DNA of 64,000 nucleotides from a virus (IMGVR_UViG_3300021958_000044:16991-80990), one strand, 5' to 3'. Shown: positions 57,154 to 64,000, counted from the first letter of the stretch. Program-made: numbers and translations. The notes: generated by a model from the letters alone, not told the origin.

Positions 57154-57545
57154 CTATACCACTCCGGCTTTTGATCTATTCGCTCTTGTATACGTTGACG
57201 AATAAGAAGCAAGTCTTTATCACTCGGAGTCCAATTTAGATACAATTCATCAGGCCATTGCTCTCGCTTAAACCTTCGATTGGGATCAGGACTCATCCCT
57301 CTGTTCTTCATTTCTGTTACAAGTTCATTATAACGGTTATGAAGATATTTACCTTTGTTGTAAAAGAACTTAACATGACCTCCGTTAAGCGTAAATGCTT
57401 TAGGCCAAGTCTTTTTGTTCTTTTCCCAATTAGGTGACCTTAATGATCTTTGTAAAGCAGACCCTACCATAAACAGTTCTCTATACTCTGCTACCAAATG
57501 TTGATCTGCTAACTCTTCTGTAGGTACTAAATTAATTCTAGTCAT
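57126..57545 (-). CDS. denV: Pyrimidine-dimer DNA glycosylase (endonuclease V)
   Basis: MTRINLV...L.DQHL.AEYREL and F.L..GHV.FFYNK motifs. Confidence 0.97.
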   Translation of the reverse strand: MTRINLVPTEELADQHLVAEYRELFMVGSALQRSLRSPNWEKNKKTWPKAFTLNGGHVKFFYNKGKYLHNRYNELVTEMKNRGMSPDPNRRFKREQWPDELYLNWTPSDKDLLLIRQRIQERIDQKPEWYRWTDKHQKN

Positions 57546-57551
57546 GTTTAA

Positions 57552-58220
57552 TTATCTCCAGAATGGACCATAGAACCAACCAACTAAACTATACCGTTCT
57601 CCGCTCTCTAATGGATCCACTGCATGGTAAGCATAGCTAGGAAAACAAATTATACTTCCACGTTCGCGTGGATACTGGACAACAGAGTCCCTCTTGTTTC
57701 TTATTTTTAAAGCAGCGCCAATATAATCTTCAGGGGCTGATAGCTGGATAGTAGCACTTATTTTTCTATACGAATGACGTACGCCAGCTACTTCTTGCTC
57801 GCTAAACCATTTGTTAAAGTAATGCGAAACACTTTGATCTTGGTGCTCATCAAACTTGTCACCTTTATCGATATACTGAGTAAACTGCCATCCTGCATTT
57901 CTAAGTTGCGGATCATTAGGAACGTCTTGAAATAATCTTATGCCAGTTTTGTCTGCATAGTCGTATACTGATTCTCTTATTTCTTGTTCGTATGGAAATG
58001 GCTTTTGTGTAAATGAAACAAATCCTTTTCTGTTTTTAGAAACGTTACCGGAATATCCTTTCTCTGTATATTCTCTATTAGCGTCATAATCAACACCTTC
58101 AACTCTAGTAGTAGCAACAAGAGTTTTTTCATTTTGTTTAAACCAGTCTATAATTTCTTGACACTCAGCCTTTGAGAGAATTAAATCATAACCAGTATCA
58201 AAATCAATTAGGTTCATCAA
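57552..58220 (-). CDS. 2OG-Fe(II) oxygenase (PKHD/prolyl-hydroxylase type)
   Basis: Y..GDKFDEHQD, RKISATIQLS...Y.G and FPSY.YH.V.P...GERYSLVGW motifs. Confidence 0.9.
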   Translation of the reverse strand: MMNLIDFDTGYDLILSKAECQEIIDWFKQNEKTLVATTRVEGVDYDANREYTEKGYSGNVSKNRKGFVSFTQKPFPYEQEIRESVYDYADKTGIRLFQDVPNDPQLRNAGWQFTQYIDKGDKFDEHQDQSVSHYFNKWFSEQEVAGVRHSYRKISATIQLSAPEDYIGAALKIRNKRDSVVQYPRERGSIICFPSYAYHAVDPLESGERYSLVGWFYGPFWR

Positions 58221-58492
58221 AAACCACTAAAGTGCGTATAGTGATATAACAAGTCCTCGCCGGTTCTTTTCTTACCGAATGTAGCAATGACCTTCCCATC
58301 TTTTTGACGAACTACTGTTCCATCATTATAAGCAGTGTCAGTAACGCTTTCACCATTAGCAGTGTCTTGTGGTCTGTCGTCGTACCACATAGAGCTCAGT
58401 GAGTGTACGTGAATATCTTTAACTTGCTTTGCCCACTTTTCAGCTGCTAGCATTAGTTTTTGTTTCTCTACTGCGTTCTTATATTCTGTCAT
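58217..58492 (-). CDS. Hypothetical protein
   Basis: 91 aa, coupled to neighbours. Confidence 0.7.
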   Translation of the reverse strand: MTEYKNAVEKQKLMLAAEKWAKQVKDIHVHSLSSMWYDDRPQDTANGESVTDTAYNDGTVVRQKDGKVIATFGKKRTGEDLLYHYTHFSGF

Positions 58493-59055
58493 TTAAAAGC
58501 CCCTCCACGGAAATAAATTTTTAACCTCTTAATAGGTCCAGAGGTTACAAGTTGATAACCATTTTGTTCCATTGAAGGATAAAGGATTACCGTGCCTTGT
58601 TCATTAGTCCATGTTGGCTGATGCTCAGCTTTGTCTGCAATAACTGATCCAAAGTTATCTACACGAGGAGGCGGTGCCCAATTTTTAAACGTCAGCTCGC
58701 CACCTTGTACATAATCACGACTTGATATGTTTACAATAACAGACACTTTAAAGATATTGTCATTAAGAATATTGCCAGCGTGTATGCCATGATCAGGGGA
58801 AAGAGTTATTCTTGATTCGCCTTCATACGCATCCCACATATGAACATCGGGCTTATCAAAATTAACATTAAAGTTAAGCACTTCTTCGTTATACATTTTG
58901 GCTTGATTTGCTATACGAGAAACAATTTCTTTACCTTTGTCGTCCATGTTCTCATGACGAACGCAAGTATAAAGATGGGCACATTCATCAGGAGTAAGTG
59001 CATTATATAAAGCTCGAAACGGACCAACCGTTTCAATGTTCAAGTCCTTTACCAT
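58489..59055 (-). CDS. 2OG-oxygenase-fold protein lacking the canonical metal triad
   Basis: KVSVIVNIS...Y.GGELTF and GTVILYPS align with the oxygenase scaffold, but the HxD...H...R residues are not conserved. Confidence 0.55.
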   Translation of the reverse strand: MVKDLNIETVGPFRALYNALTPDECAHLYTCVRHENMDDKGKEIVSRIANQAKMYNEEVLNFNVNFDKPDVHMWDAYEGESRITLSPDHGIHAGNILNDNIFKVSVIVNISSRDYVQGGELTFKNWAPPPRVDNFGSVIADKAEHQPTWTNEQGTVILYPSMEQNGYQLVTSGPIKRLKIYFRGGAFK

Positions 59056-59064
59056 AATTAATAT

Positions 59065-59301
59065 CTACCTCACGTTTTTATTTCGTTTTCTTAGAGACTC
59101 CAGCTTCTCAGCTTTTAGAAGATTTACTTTTTTCTTACGCTTTAATGCTTGGTTAGCTATATTACGAGCAACGTTAGGCTTCTCATAATATTCTAACTCT
59201 CTGCAGCGTTTAATAATACCAGCGCGTTCCACTTGATTGCGGAACCGCCTTAACATTTTGTCAAATGGTTCGTTTTTAAATTTTTCAGTTACTTTAGGCA
59301 T
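59065..59301 (-). CDS. rpsU: 30S ribosomal protein bS21
   Basis: EPFDKMLRRFR..VERAGII...RE.EYYEKP...R motif. Confidence 0.92.
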   Translation of the reverse strand: MPKVTEKFKNEPFDKMLRRFRNQVERAGIIKRCRELEYYEKPNVARNIANQALKRKKKVNLLKAEKLESLRKRNKNVR

Positions 59302-59307
59302 GGTGTA

Positions 59308-59336
59308 ATATTATACTATAATGTATTAAAAGTCAA
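59308..59336 (-). promoter_or_regulatory. Sigma70-type promoter of rpsU
   Basis: TTGACT-N17-TAATAT, 6 nt before ATG; no SD. Confidence 0.72.
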
Positions 59337-59346
59337 CAGGATTGGT

Positions 59347-60366
59347 TTAAGATAAGTCTTGAATAACTCTAGCTGCGTTGTCTGCTCTTCCAGGATTAGC
59401 CTCAACACCAATAATGTCTCTCTTGTTAACAAGAGCAGCTGCAACTGTGCTTCCCCAACTACAGAAAGGATCTAAAATAAGATCTCCTTCGTTGGTATGG
59501 GTTTGTACAATCCAGCTAGACAACATTACGTGTCTGTGATTAGCAGGCTTAAATAATTCGTTCAATCCAGGGAAGTTAGTGCCGCCCTCAAATCTATCCA
59601 TCACTGCGCTATTGAAATAAGGACCATTAGGACCTTGGTGATTTAGAATTTCTTTTGGTAAATGGATCCAGTCAGAAGGATCAGAACTAAATTGAACTAC
59701 GTATCCGCCAAGGAAGCTAGCATCATTAGAATTAATTGATCTTACAAATTGTATGCCATCGTCTCTTGTTGTGACTGAATATTCAATTCCGTTTTTAATT
59801 AACCACTTTTGTAATTCTTGTGCTTCGTTTACACCTTTATGAACAGGTGCTCTAAAAGCAGACGTCTCTACATCGTTCATATTGTCAGGGAAAGGGAAGT
59901 CTATAAACCTTCTAGGGTACCCATCTATGTCAGGCCAAGCATCTCTTTTGATTGTAAACGAGCTACCAATCTTTCTATACGTTCTAACAAATGTGTAATC
60001 ATCACGTCTATGCCAGAAGTGTTTGTTAGTAGACATTTTGTAAGCGGTAGGTCTAAACATAGCCCATGTAGAGTCTGGGACTAATTCAAAGTATTGGTTA
60101 CCTTCAGCTTCCATCCACTCGTCCCATCGCTCTTGAGCAATACCTGTACAACTGACAGTAACAGTACCGTCTTCTGTAAGATTGTTTTTAGCTAGATCAG
60201 CAACTGCGCTTGTGCAATCACGGATCATGCCAGCGCCCATTGACGCAGGCCATCTATTAACAAAAGATGGAATGTCTGCTATGATGCGATCAAATTTTTG
60301 AAAGTTATCAGGGTCCTGAAATTCGCGAACCTTGGTTAATAAATTTTGTTTGTAAACTGTAGCCAT
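59347..60366 (-). CDS. N6/N4 DNA-methyltransferase-fold protein with degenerate motifs
   Basis: TNEGDLILDPFCSWGST..AA....R..IGVE (motif I of beta-class MTases); IIADIPSF at the DPPY position. Confidence 0.6.
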   Translation of the reverse strand: MATVYKQNLLTKVREFQDPDNFQKFDRIIADIPSFVNRWPASMGAGMIRDCTSAVADLAKNNLTEDGTVTVSCTGIAQERWDEWMEAEGNQYFELVPDSTWAMFRPTAYKMSTNKHFWHRRDDYTFVRTYRKIGSSFTIKRDAWPDIDGYPRRFIDFPFPDNMNDVETSAFRAPVHKGVNEAQELQKWLIKNGIEYSVTTRDDGIQFVRSINSNDASFLGGYVVQFSSDPSDWIHLPKEILNHQGPNGPYFNSAVMDRFEGGTNFPGLNELFKPANHRHVMLSSWIVQTHTNEGDLILDPFCSWGSTVAAALVNKRDIIGVEANPGRADNAARVIQDLS

Positions 60367-60385
60367 ACTTTTCCTCGAGTACTTT

Positions 60386-60393
60386 TATTTATA
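60386..60393 (-). promoter_or_regulatory. T4-type late promoter
   Basis: TATAAATA upstream of the MTase-like gene (leader with SD GAGG). Confidence 0.7.
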
Positions 60394-60688
60394 ATACCAA
60401 TTGCTCGGAAAGATTTCTCAACAGGAATAATAATCCAAAACTATTCAGAATAATTAATGCCCTGTCTTTCCACATAATGCTTACTGCAAGCCATCCTACG
60501 ATACCTATTGTACTTAATGATAGGTCCCATAAATGTAAGCCCTCTAATCCCCTAATGGACATAGCAGCCAAAACAAATACGCTACTGATCCATTTCAAAT
60601 ACCAGTCTAATGTATACTTAGGAGTGGCGGATTTGAAAATACGCTTACTTTGTTCTAACTCTTCTGGAGCAAATTGTTTATCTGTCAT
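60389..60688 (-). CDS. Small membrane protein
   Basis: LDWYLKWISS.FVL and W..VS.MWKDRALIILN hydrophobic helices. Confidence 0.75.
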   Translation of the reverse strand: MTDKQFAPEELEQSKRIFKSATPKYTLDWYLKWISSVFVLAAMSIRGLEGLHLWDLSLSTIGIVGWLAVSIMWKDRALIILNSFGLLFLLRNLSEQLVL

Positions 60689-60710
60689 CTCTTATTTATC
60701 TCTAATTATT

Positions 60711-60787
60711 TGGTCGGAGATGCAGGATTCGAACCTGCGACCTTTCGCTCCCAAAGCGAACGCACTACCAGGCTGTGCTAATCTCCG
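60711..60787 (-). tRNA. tRNA-Pro(TGG)
   Basis: Cloverleaf; anticodon arm TTCGC-TT-TGG-GA-GCGAA; GGTTCGAAT T-loop; encoded CCA. Confidence 0.95.
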
Positions 60788-60790
60788 TAT

Positions 60791-60878
60791 TGGTGGAGAA
60801 GGTGAGATTCGAACTCACGGAAGTTTTACCTTCGCTTGATTTCAAGTCAAGTGCATTCAACCACTCTGCCACTTCTCC
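60791..60878 (-). tRNA. tRNA-Ser(TGA)
   Basis: CTTGA-CT-TGA-AA-TCAAG; long variable arm; encoded CCA. Confidence 0.95.
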
Positions 60879-60879
60879 T

Positions 60880-61137
60880 TTACTTCACCTTTACAATAAC
60901 CGTTTTTTCGGCTTCACGAATGTGTTCAACAACACGACCATCTACCAAAGAACCAATCTCAACATACGGACCACCACTAGGATCAAACATACCAAGATCA
61001 TTCGGATCAAGTTTTTCTTGACCTTCCTTACCTCCCCAACGGCAGTACTTCATTGAGTCGCCTTCCATTACAAACTTGTATTCTTTGTCATTGAGTTTTT
61101 CCCAATGATACTCATCACCATAACGATTTTTCATCAC
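60880..61137 (-). CDS. Hypothetical protein within the tRNA cluster
   Basis: 85 aa; FDPSGGPY motif. Confidence 0.7.
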   Translation of the reverse strand: MMKNRYGDEYHWEKLNDKEYKFVMEGDSMKYCRWGGKEGQEKLDPNDLGMFDPSGGPYVEIGSLVDGRVVEHIREAEKTVIVKVK

Positions 61138-61335
61138 TCACTCACCATTCCACATTTTTTCCATCTCAACCTTGTCTAAAGTATAACCGATGGCATTCAT
61201 AAATTCAACCCATTTCATAAACATTTCTTGATGGTCCATCTGAAAGGTATCAAAGGCGAACACGGTCGTTGAACCGTCATCATCTTCGTGCATCCAGATT
61301 GTATTCTTAATTTTAATAGTTTCGCCTTTTGTCAA
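61138..61335 (-). CDS. Hypothetical protein (start uncertain: TTG 61335 or internal ATG)
   Basis: Short ORF between tRNA-Ile and 61137. Confidence 0.55.
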   Translation of the reverse strand: MTKGETIKIKNTIWMHEDDDGSTTVFAFDTFQMDHQEMFMKWVEFMNAIGYTLDKVEMEKMWNGE

Positions 61336-61349
61336 GCATTTTTTTTAGA

Positions 61350-61425
61350 TGGTGGGACTGGATGGATTTGAACCATCGACCTTCCGCTTATAAGACGGAT
61401 GCTCTCACCATTGAGCTACAGTCCT
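61350..61425 (-). tRNA. tRNA-Ile(TAT)
   Basis: TCCGT-CT-TAT-AA-GCGGA; acceptor AGGACTG/CAGTCCC with A1-C72 mismatch; encoded CCA. Confidence 0.9.
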
Positions 61426-61430
61426 ATTGT

Positions 61431-61517
61431 TGGTGCCCCCAGCCGGACTTGAACCGGCACGACCTTTCGATCGAGAGATTTTAAGTCTCTTGTGTCTACC
61501 AATTTCACCACAGGGGC
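61431..61517 (-). tRNA. tRNA-Leu(TAA)
   Basis: AGAGA-CT-TAA-AA-TCTCT; long variable arm; encoded CCA. Confidence 0.95.
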
Positions 61518-61526
61518 AAAACTACG

Positions 61527-61907
61527 TTAGTCGTTATCTAACTTAATAGTGCACGCATTGTCATCATCATCTTCTAATGATAGAGTGAATTGCGTTTGAT
61601 AGTCACCGCTGTTGGAGTAAATAGAAACGCGTTGCTCCTTACCGGCTCGCAGATCCTTAACTTCCTGTGGTGCGTATTGGTTTAGCTCAAACGCTTGACA
61701 GAACGTATCTTCCAAACGCTCGAATCGCATTTGATACAATTCTTTAATACCAAACAGCTTGTTATGAAGAGCATCGCATAACTGCGGGCTGGTTTCATTC
61801 CATGGACTTTTATCACTTTCGGTGATAACGTCGATCATCATTTCTAGATCATCAACAATGCAGCTGCATTGATTGATTTCGTGCTCAAGATCAAAACGAT
61901 CCTTCAT
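61527..61907 (-). CDS. Hypothetical protein
   Basis: 126 aa, SD AAGGAG. Confidence 0.72.
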   Translation of the reverse strand: MKDRFDLEHEINQCSCIVDDLEMMIDVITESDKSPWNETSPQLCDALHNKLFGIKELYQMRFERLEDTFCQAFELNQYAPQEVKDLRAGKEQRVSIYSNSGDYQTQFTLSLEDDDDNACTIKLDND

Positions 61908-61991
61908 TGCTTTCTCCTTTAGGCCTTAACTGCCTTTATCTGATTAAATCCAATACCGCTATACTTACTAGCGCTACCGTACCTTGCATAT

Positions 61992-62020
61992 ACCTTACTA
62001 CCGTTTTGATTTAAAATCAA
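61992..62020 (-). promoter_or_regulatory. Early promoter, TTGAYTTYAAAT family
   Basis: TTGATT-TTAAATCAAAACGGTAG-TAAGGT. Confidence 0.55.
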
Positions 62021-62032
62021 CAGTTTAGCAAT

Positions 62033-62109
62033 TGGCGCGCCCGATAGGACTCGAACCTATAACCTACGGCTTAGAAGGCCGTTGCTCTATCCAATTGAGC
62101 TACGGGCGC
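62033..62109 (-). tRNA. tRNA-Arg(TCT)
   Basis: ACGGC-CT-TCT-AA-GCCGT; encoded CCA. Confidence 0.95.
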
Positions 62110-62114
62110 ATAAC

Positions 62115-62190
62115 TGGTGCTGACGGAGGGAATCGAACCCCCAACCTACTGATTACAAATCAGTTGCACTACCTATTGTGCTACGTCAGC
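62115..62190 (-). tRNA. tRNA-Thr(TGT)
   Basis: ACTGA-TT-TGT-AA-TCAGT; encoded CCA. Confidence 0.95.
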
Positions 62191-62415
62191 AGTTAGAGCA
62201 ACTTCGTACTTGTTACGCTTGCCCGTGCGAGAGACTCGCGCACTGAACCCGCTTGGCAGTTTTAGGTTGCCTTGGCATAGATGTAGAAGTTCTTTTTCAA
62301 GATCGTTCTTATCTACTGCTACCGTGAATTTTGCAAGACCGTTGTCTGCCTCAACAAACACTCGTCCTGCCCCTCGAACAACTTTCAAGATATCGTGACA
62401 CGATCGTGTCTTCAT
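62173..62415 (-). CDS. Hypothetical protein; last 18 nt overlap tRNA-Thr
   Basis: 80 aa, SD GAAGG-like. Confidence 0.55.
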   Translation of the reverse strand: MKTRSCHDILKVVRGAGRVFVEADNGLAKFTVAVDKNDLEKELLHLCQGNLKLPSGFSARVSRTGKRNKYEVALTADVAQ

Positions 62416-62428
62416 TACTAGGTTCCTT

Positions 62429-62653
62429 CTAGTCTAGGTTTAAGATACCGAGCGTGAAATTTTCTGCAGCGTCTTCTGCGTATTGCTCGGAGTGGTTTTC
62501 GATCACCAGATTCTTTTGAAAGATCTGATTGATAAAAAAGGAAACACGAAACCCTTGTGGCACTTTAAACACTTGCGCCCAGCGCTTCTTCCCATCGACC
62601 TCACCATAGAACTCATGGAGCAGGTCTTTATTATTATTTAAATTATTCATCAT
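62429..62653 (-). CDS. Hypothetical protein
   Basis: 74 aa; HSEQYAEDAAENF motif. Confidence 0.7.
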   Translation of the reverse strand: MMNNLNNNKDLLHEFYGEVDGKKRWAQVFKVPQGFRVSFFINQIFQKNLVIENHSEQYAEDAAENFTLGILNLD

Positions 62654-62825
62654 TAGTCAATGTTACTATACGTTCATTTTTATGCTTGGTCAACGTTCCG
62701 CCTTTCCAAAGACGATCAAACATTTTACCAGCACCCTCTCTAATGCCACGATTGTGTCCAACGTAGTATCCATGAAGATACGCTAGCGCTGGAACAATCA
62801 TGAAAAGCCAATGTATGTTTTCCAT
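62643..62825 (-). CDS. Small membrane-anchored protein
   Basis: 60 aa, N-terminal hydrophobic, G...G...G pattern; TAAATA 5 nt upstream. Confidence 0.65.
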   Translation of the reverse strand: MENIHWLFMIVPALAYLHGYYVGHNRGIREGAGKMFDRLWKGGTLTKHKNERIVTLTNDE

Positions 62826-62830
62826 TATAC

Positions 62831-62836
62831 TATTTA
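62831..62836 (-). promoter_or_regulatory. Late promoter nested in a sigma70-type promoter
   Basis: TAAATA-GTATA-ATG; TTGACC-N17-TATAAT spans 62852-62824. Confidence 0.6.
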
Positions 62837-62854
62837 TCTAATAGCAGGTCAACG

Positions 62855-63073
62855 TTACACTTCAACAAAATGTGGTCCATTGACTTTATGAAGCGTCGCC
62901 ATCGCACCCGCTATAAAGTTGATAGGTCCACCATCTACGTCCCTATAAAGATCGTAGTTATAATTACCAAGCTCAGACAATCCTGACTCAGTCCAAACGA
63001 CGCTATCACTTAGCCCCGATAGTTTTGCCGCGCGCAAAAGGATGCGGCTTCTAATTTGCTTATTCATAAGCAC
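62855..63073 (-). CDS. Hypothetical protein
   Basis: 72 aa, SD AGGAGG. Confidence 0.65.
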   Translation of the reverse strand: MLMNKQIRSRILLRAAKLSGLSDSVVWTESGLSELGNYNYDLYRDVDGGPINFIAGAMATLHKVNGPHFVEV

Positions 63074-63076
63074 CTC

Positions 63077-63289
63077 CTAATATCCACTAGTCATATGAAC
63101 GTATTCTTCCTTGCACCCATGCTTGCCACAACCACAAAGGTCCTGATCGTACCAATCATCATCAGGACGAAGCTCACTAGGATGGAGAACACCGTAGTGC
63201 TCAACGTTCGCTACTTCATCGCTCGTTAAAGCCCTGCCAACGCTGCGCTCATAAAACTTAATCTGTTCATTCAAATCTGCAACCGCCAT
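63077..63289 (-). CDS. Hypothetical protein with C-terminal Cys/His cluster
   Basis: CGCGKHGC...H.TSGY. Confidence 0.65.
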   Translation of the reverse strand: MAVADLNEQIKFYERSVGRALTSDEVANVEHYGVLHPSELRPDDDWYDQDLCGCGKHGCKEEYVHMTSGY

Positions 63290-63293
63290 ATCA

Positions 63294-63491
63294 CTAACTC
63301 CTATTAATCATGTCATCGTTAAGATCACTAAGGATCACCATACTACCTTGAACCTTTATGTCTATATTATCCAACATGTTGCATATAGAGTCAAGCGTTT
63401 TTTCAAGTTTCTCTTGTTCAACGATTAATCGGTCTTGAACCTTAATCAAAGCATTAACCTTTTCGTGTAACTGATCTATTCTAGAACTCAT
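63294..63491 (-). CDS. Small coiled-coil hypothetical protein
   Basis: 65 aa heptad pattern. Confidence 0.6.
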   Translation of the reverse strand: MSSRIDQLHEKVNALIKVQDRLIVEQEKLEKTLDSICNMLDNIDIKVQGSMVILSDLNDDMINRS

Positions 63492-63661
63492 ATGTATACT
63501 CCCCCTACATTCTCTCTAGCATACCAGTCCTCACCAGTAGTAGTACCAGTACCACCACATACGCTACAGTCTTCCATTAGGTCGTCTTCTTGTGGTCCAT
63601 CTAAGTCATATCCATTACCTAGACATTCTGGACATTCTATATTTTCTTCTTCTATTCTCAT
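63488..63661 (-). CDS. DnaJ-type zinc-finger miniprotein, 57 aa, not in ORF track
   Basis: Hand translation MRIEEENIECPECLGNGYDLDGPQEDDLMEDCSVCGGTGTTTGEDWYARENVGGVYI*: two CxxCxGxG motifs; SD AAGGAG; ATGA coupling to the next gene. Confidence 0.8.
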   Translation of the reverse strand: MRIEEENIECPECLGNGYDLDGPQEDDLMEDCSVCGGTGTTTGEDWYARENVGGVYI

Positions 63662-63670
63662 AATAACTCC

Positions 63671-63856
63671 TTACTGTGGACCGTCCGGCATCATATCCAT
63701 AGACTTCTCAACGAACAGATCCAAAATCCCTTCTTCACTAAGACCACCTAAGTGACAATGACATACGTCCTCAAGCCATCTGATAGCTTCTTTAGGATCA
63801 TCCCAGAACTCATCAGCGAGTCCTTCAATGATTCTTGTGTTTACTTCATTACTCAT
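63671..63856 (-). CDS. Hypothetical protein (start revised to 63856)
   Basis: SD AAGGAG before MSNEV; the upstream in-frame part is promoter. Confidence 0.7.
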   Translation of the reverse strand: MSNEVNTRIIEGLADEFWDDPKEAIRWLEDVCHCHLGGLSEEGILDLFVEKSMDMMPDGPQ

Positions 63857-63884
63857 AATTAACTCCTTACTTAATATACTACCT

Positions 63885-63913
63885 ATTATACAACGACAAC
63901 GATTTAAAGTCAA
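63885..63913 (-). promoter_or_regulatory. Early promoter, TTGACTTYAAAT family
   Basis: TTGACT-TTAAATCGTTGTCGTTG-TATAAT. Confidence 0.82.
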
Positions 63914-64000
63914 CGGTTGTTAACCCCGCACTAACAGTGAACTTTTACAACGCAATTTTTTTTGTGCGAAATTTTTTCAAAACCACCGTCATAGGATCGG

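Noticed and set aside
60477-61056. Plus-strand ORFs over the tRNA cluster
   Set aside because: Antisense to tRNA-Pro/Ser and the 85-aa gene.
61908-62020. Short open frame and small hairpin between the 126-aa gene and tRNA-Arg
   Set aside because: No SD or good start; better explained as promoter plus 5' leader.
60700-62200. Self-cleaving ribozymes after the tRNA 3' ends
   Set aside because: Spacers are short and AT-rich with no HDV-like pairing; all tRNAs encode CCA.
1-64000. Stop-codon reassignment, introns, inteins, DGR, integrase
   Set aside because: Core genes are full length in the standard code and end on TAA, TAG or TGA; no reverse transcriptase, homing endonuclease, intein or recombinase motif was seen.

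Overview
This 64 kb window is part of an AT-rich T4-like (myovirus) phage genome of the marine uncultured type. All family assignments below come from motif and gene-order recognition; no database search was run. From 1 to 27.4 kb it carries the baseplate/tail module: a partial tail-fibre-like gene, a 2243-aa VrlC/DUF4815-like structural protein, gp8, gp7, gp6, gp25, a lysozyme-less gp5, a hub protein, gp53, gp48, gp4, gp2, gp54, gp26, gp51 and a tape-measure-like protein. Next come gp32, gp59 and gp33 and a glycosyltransferase/methyltransferase cassette. The accessory region (32-64 kb) holds rnh, phoH, an exonuclease, several 2OG-Fe(II) oxygenases, a Bfd-like ferredoxin missed by the ORF track, an Fe-S/redox cluster (grx, iscA, iscU, Coq4-like, PRTase, peroxiredoxin), denV, ribosomal protein bS21 and six tRNAs. 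The most striking element is a 7.4-kb late-promoter operon: two small membrane proteins, CsgF, CsgG, two curlin-repeat proteins, a FecR-domain protein, an intact CHASE2 adenylate cyclase, and a signal-peptide ORF overprinted on the cyclase catalytic domain. It looks like a complete phage-encoded secretion and transmembrane cAMP signalling module. Regulatory signals read directly from the DNA include: six late promoters placing ATG exactly 5 nt after TAAATA (probably leaderless mRNAs), a probably leaderless bS21 gene, a Fur-like box over the promoter of an unannotated 52-aa peptide, a T4-style hairpin hiding a late start codon, and a GC-rich, possibly switchable leader RNA upstream of bfd. A marine proteobacterial host, possibly Gammaproteobacteria, is an inference only.
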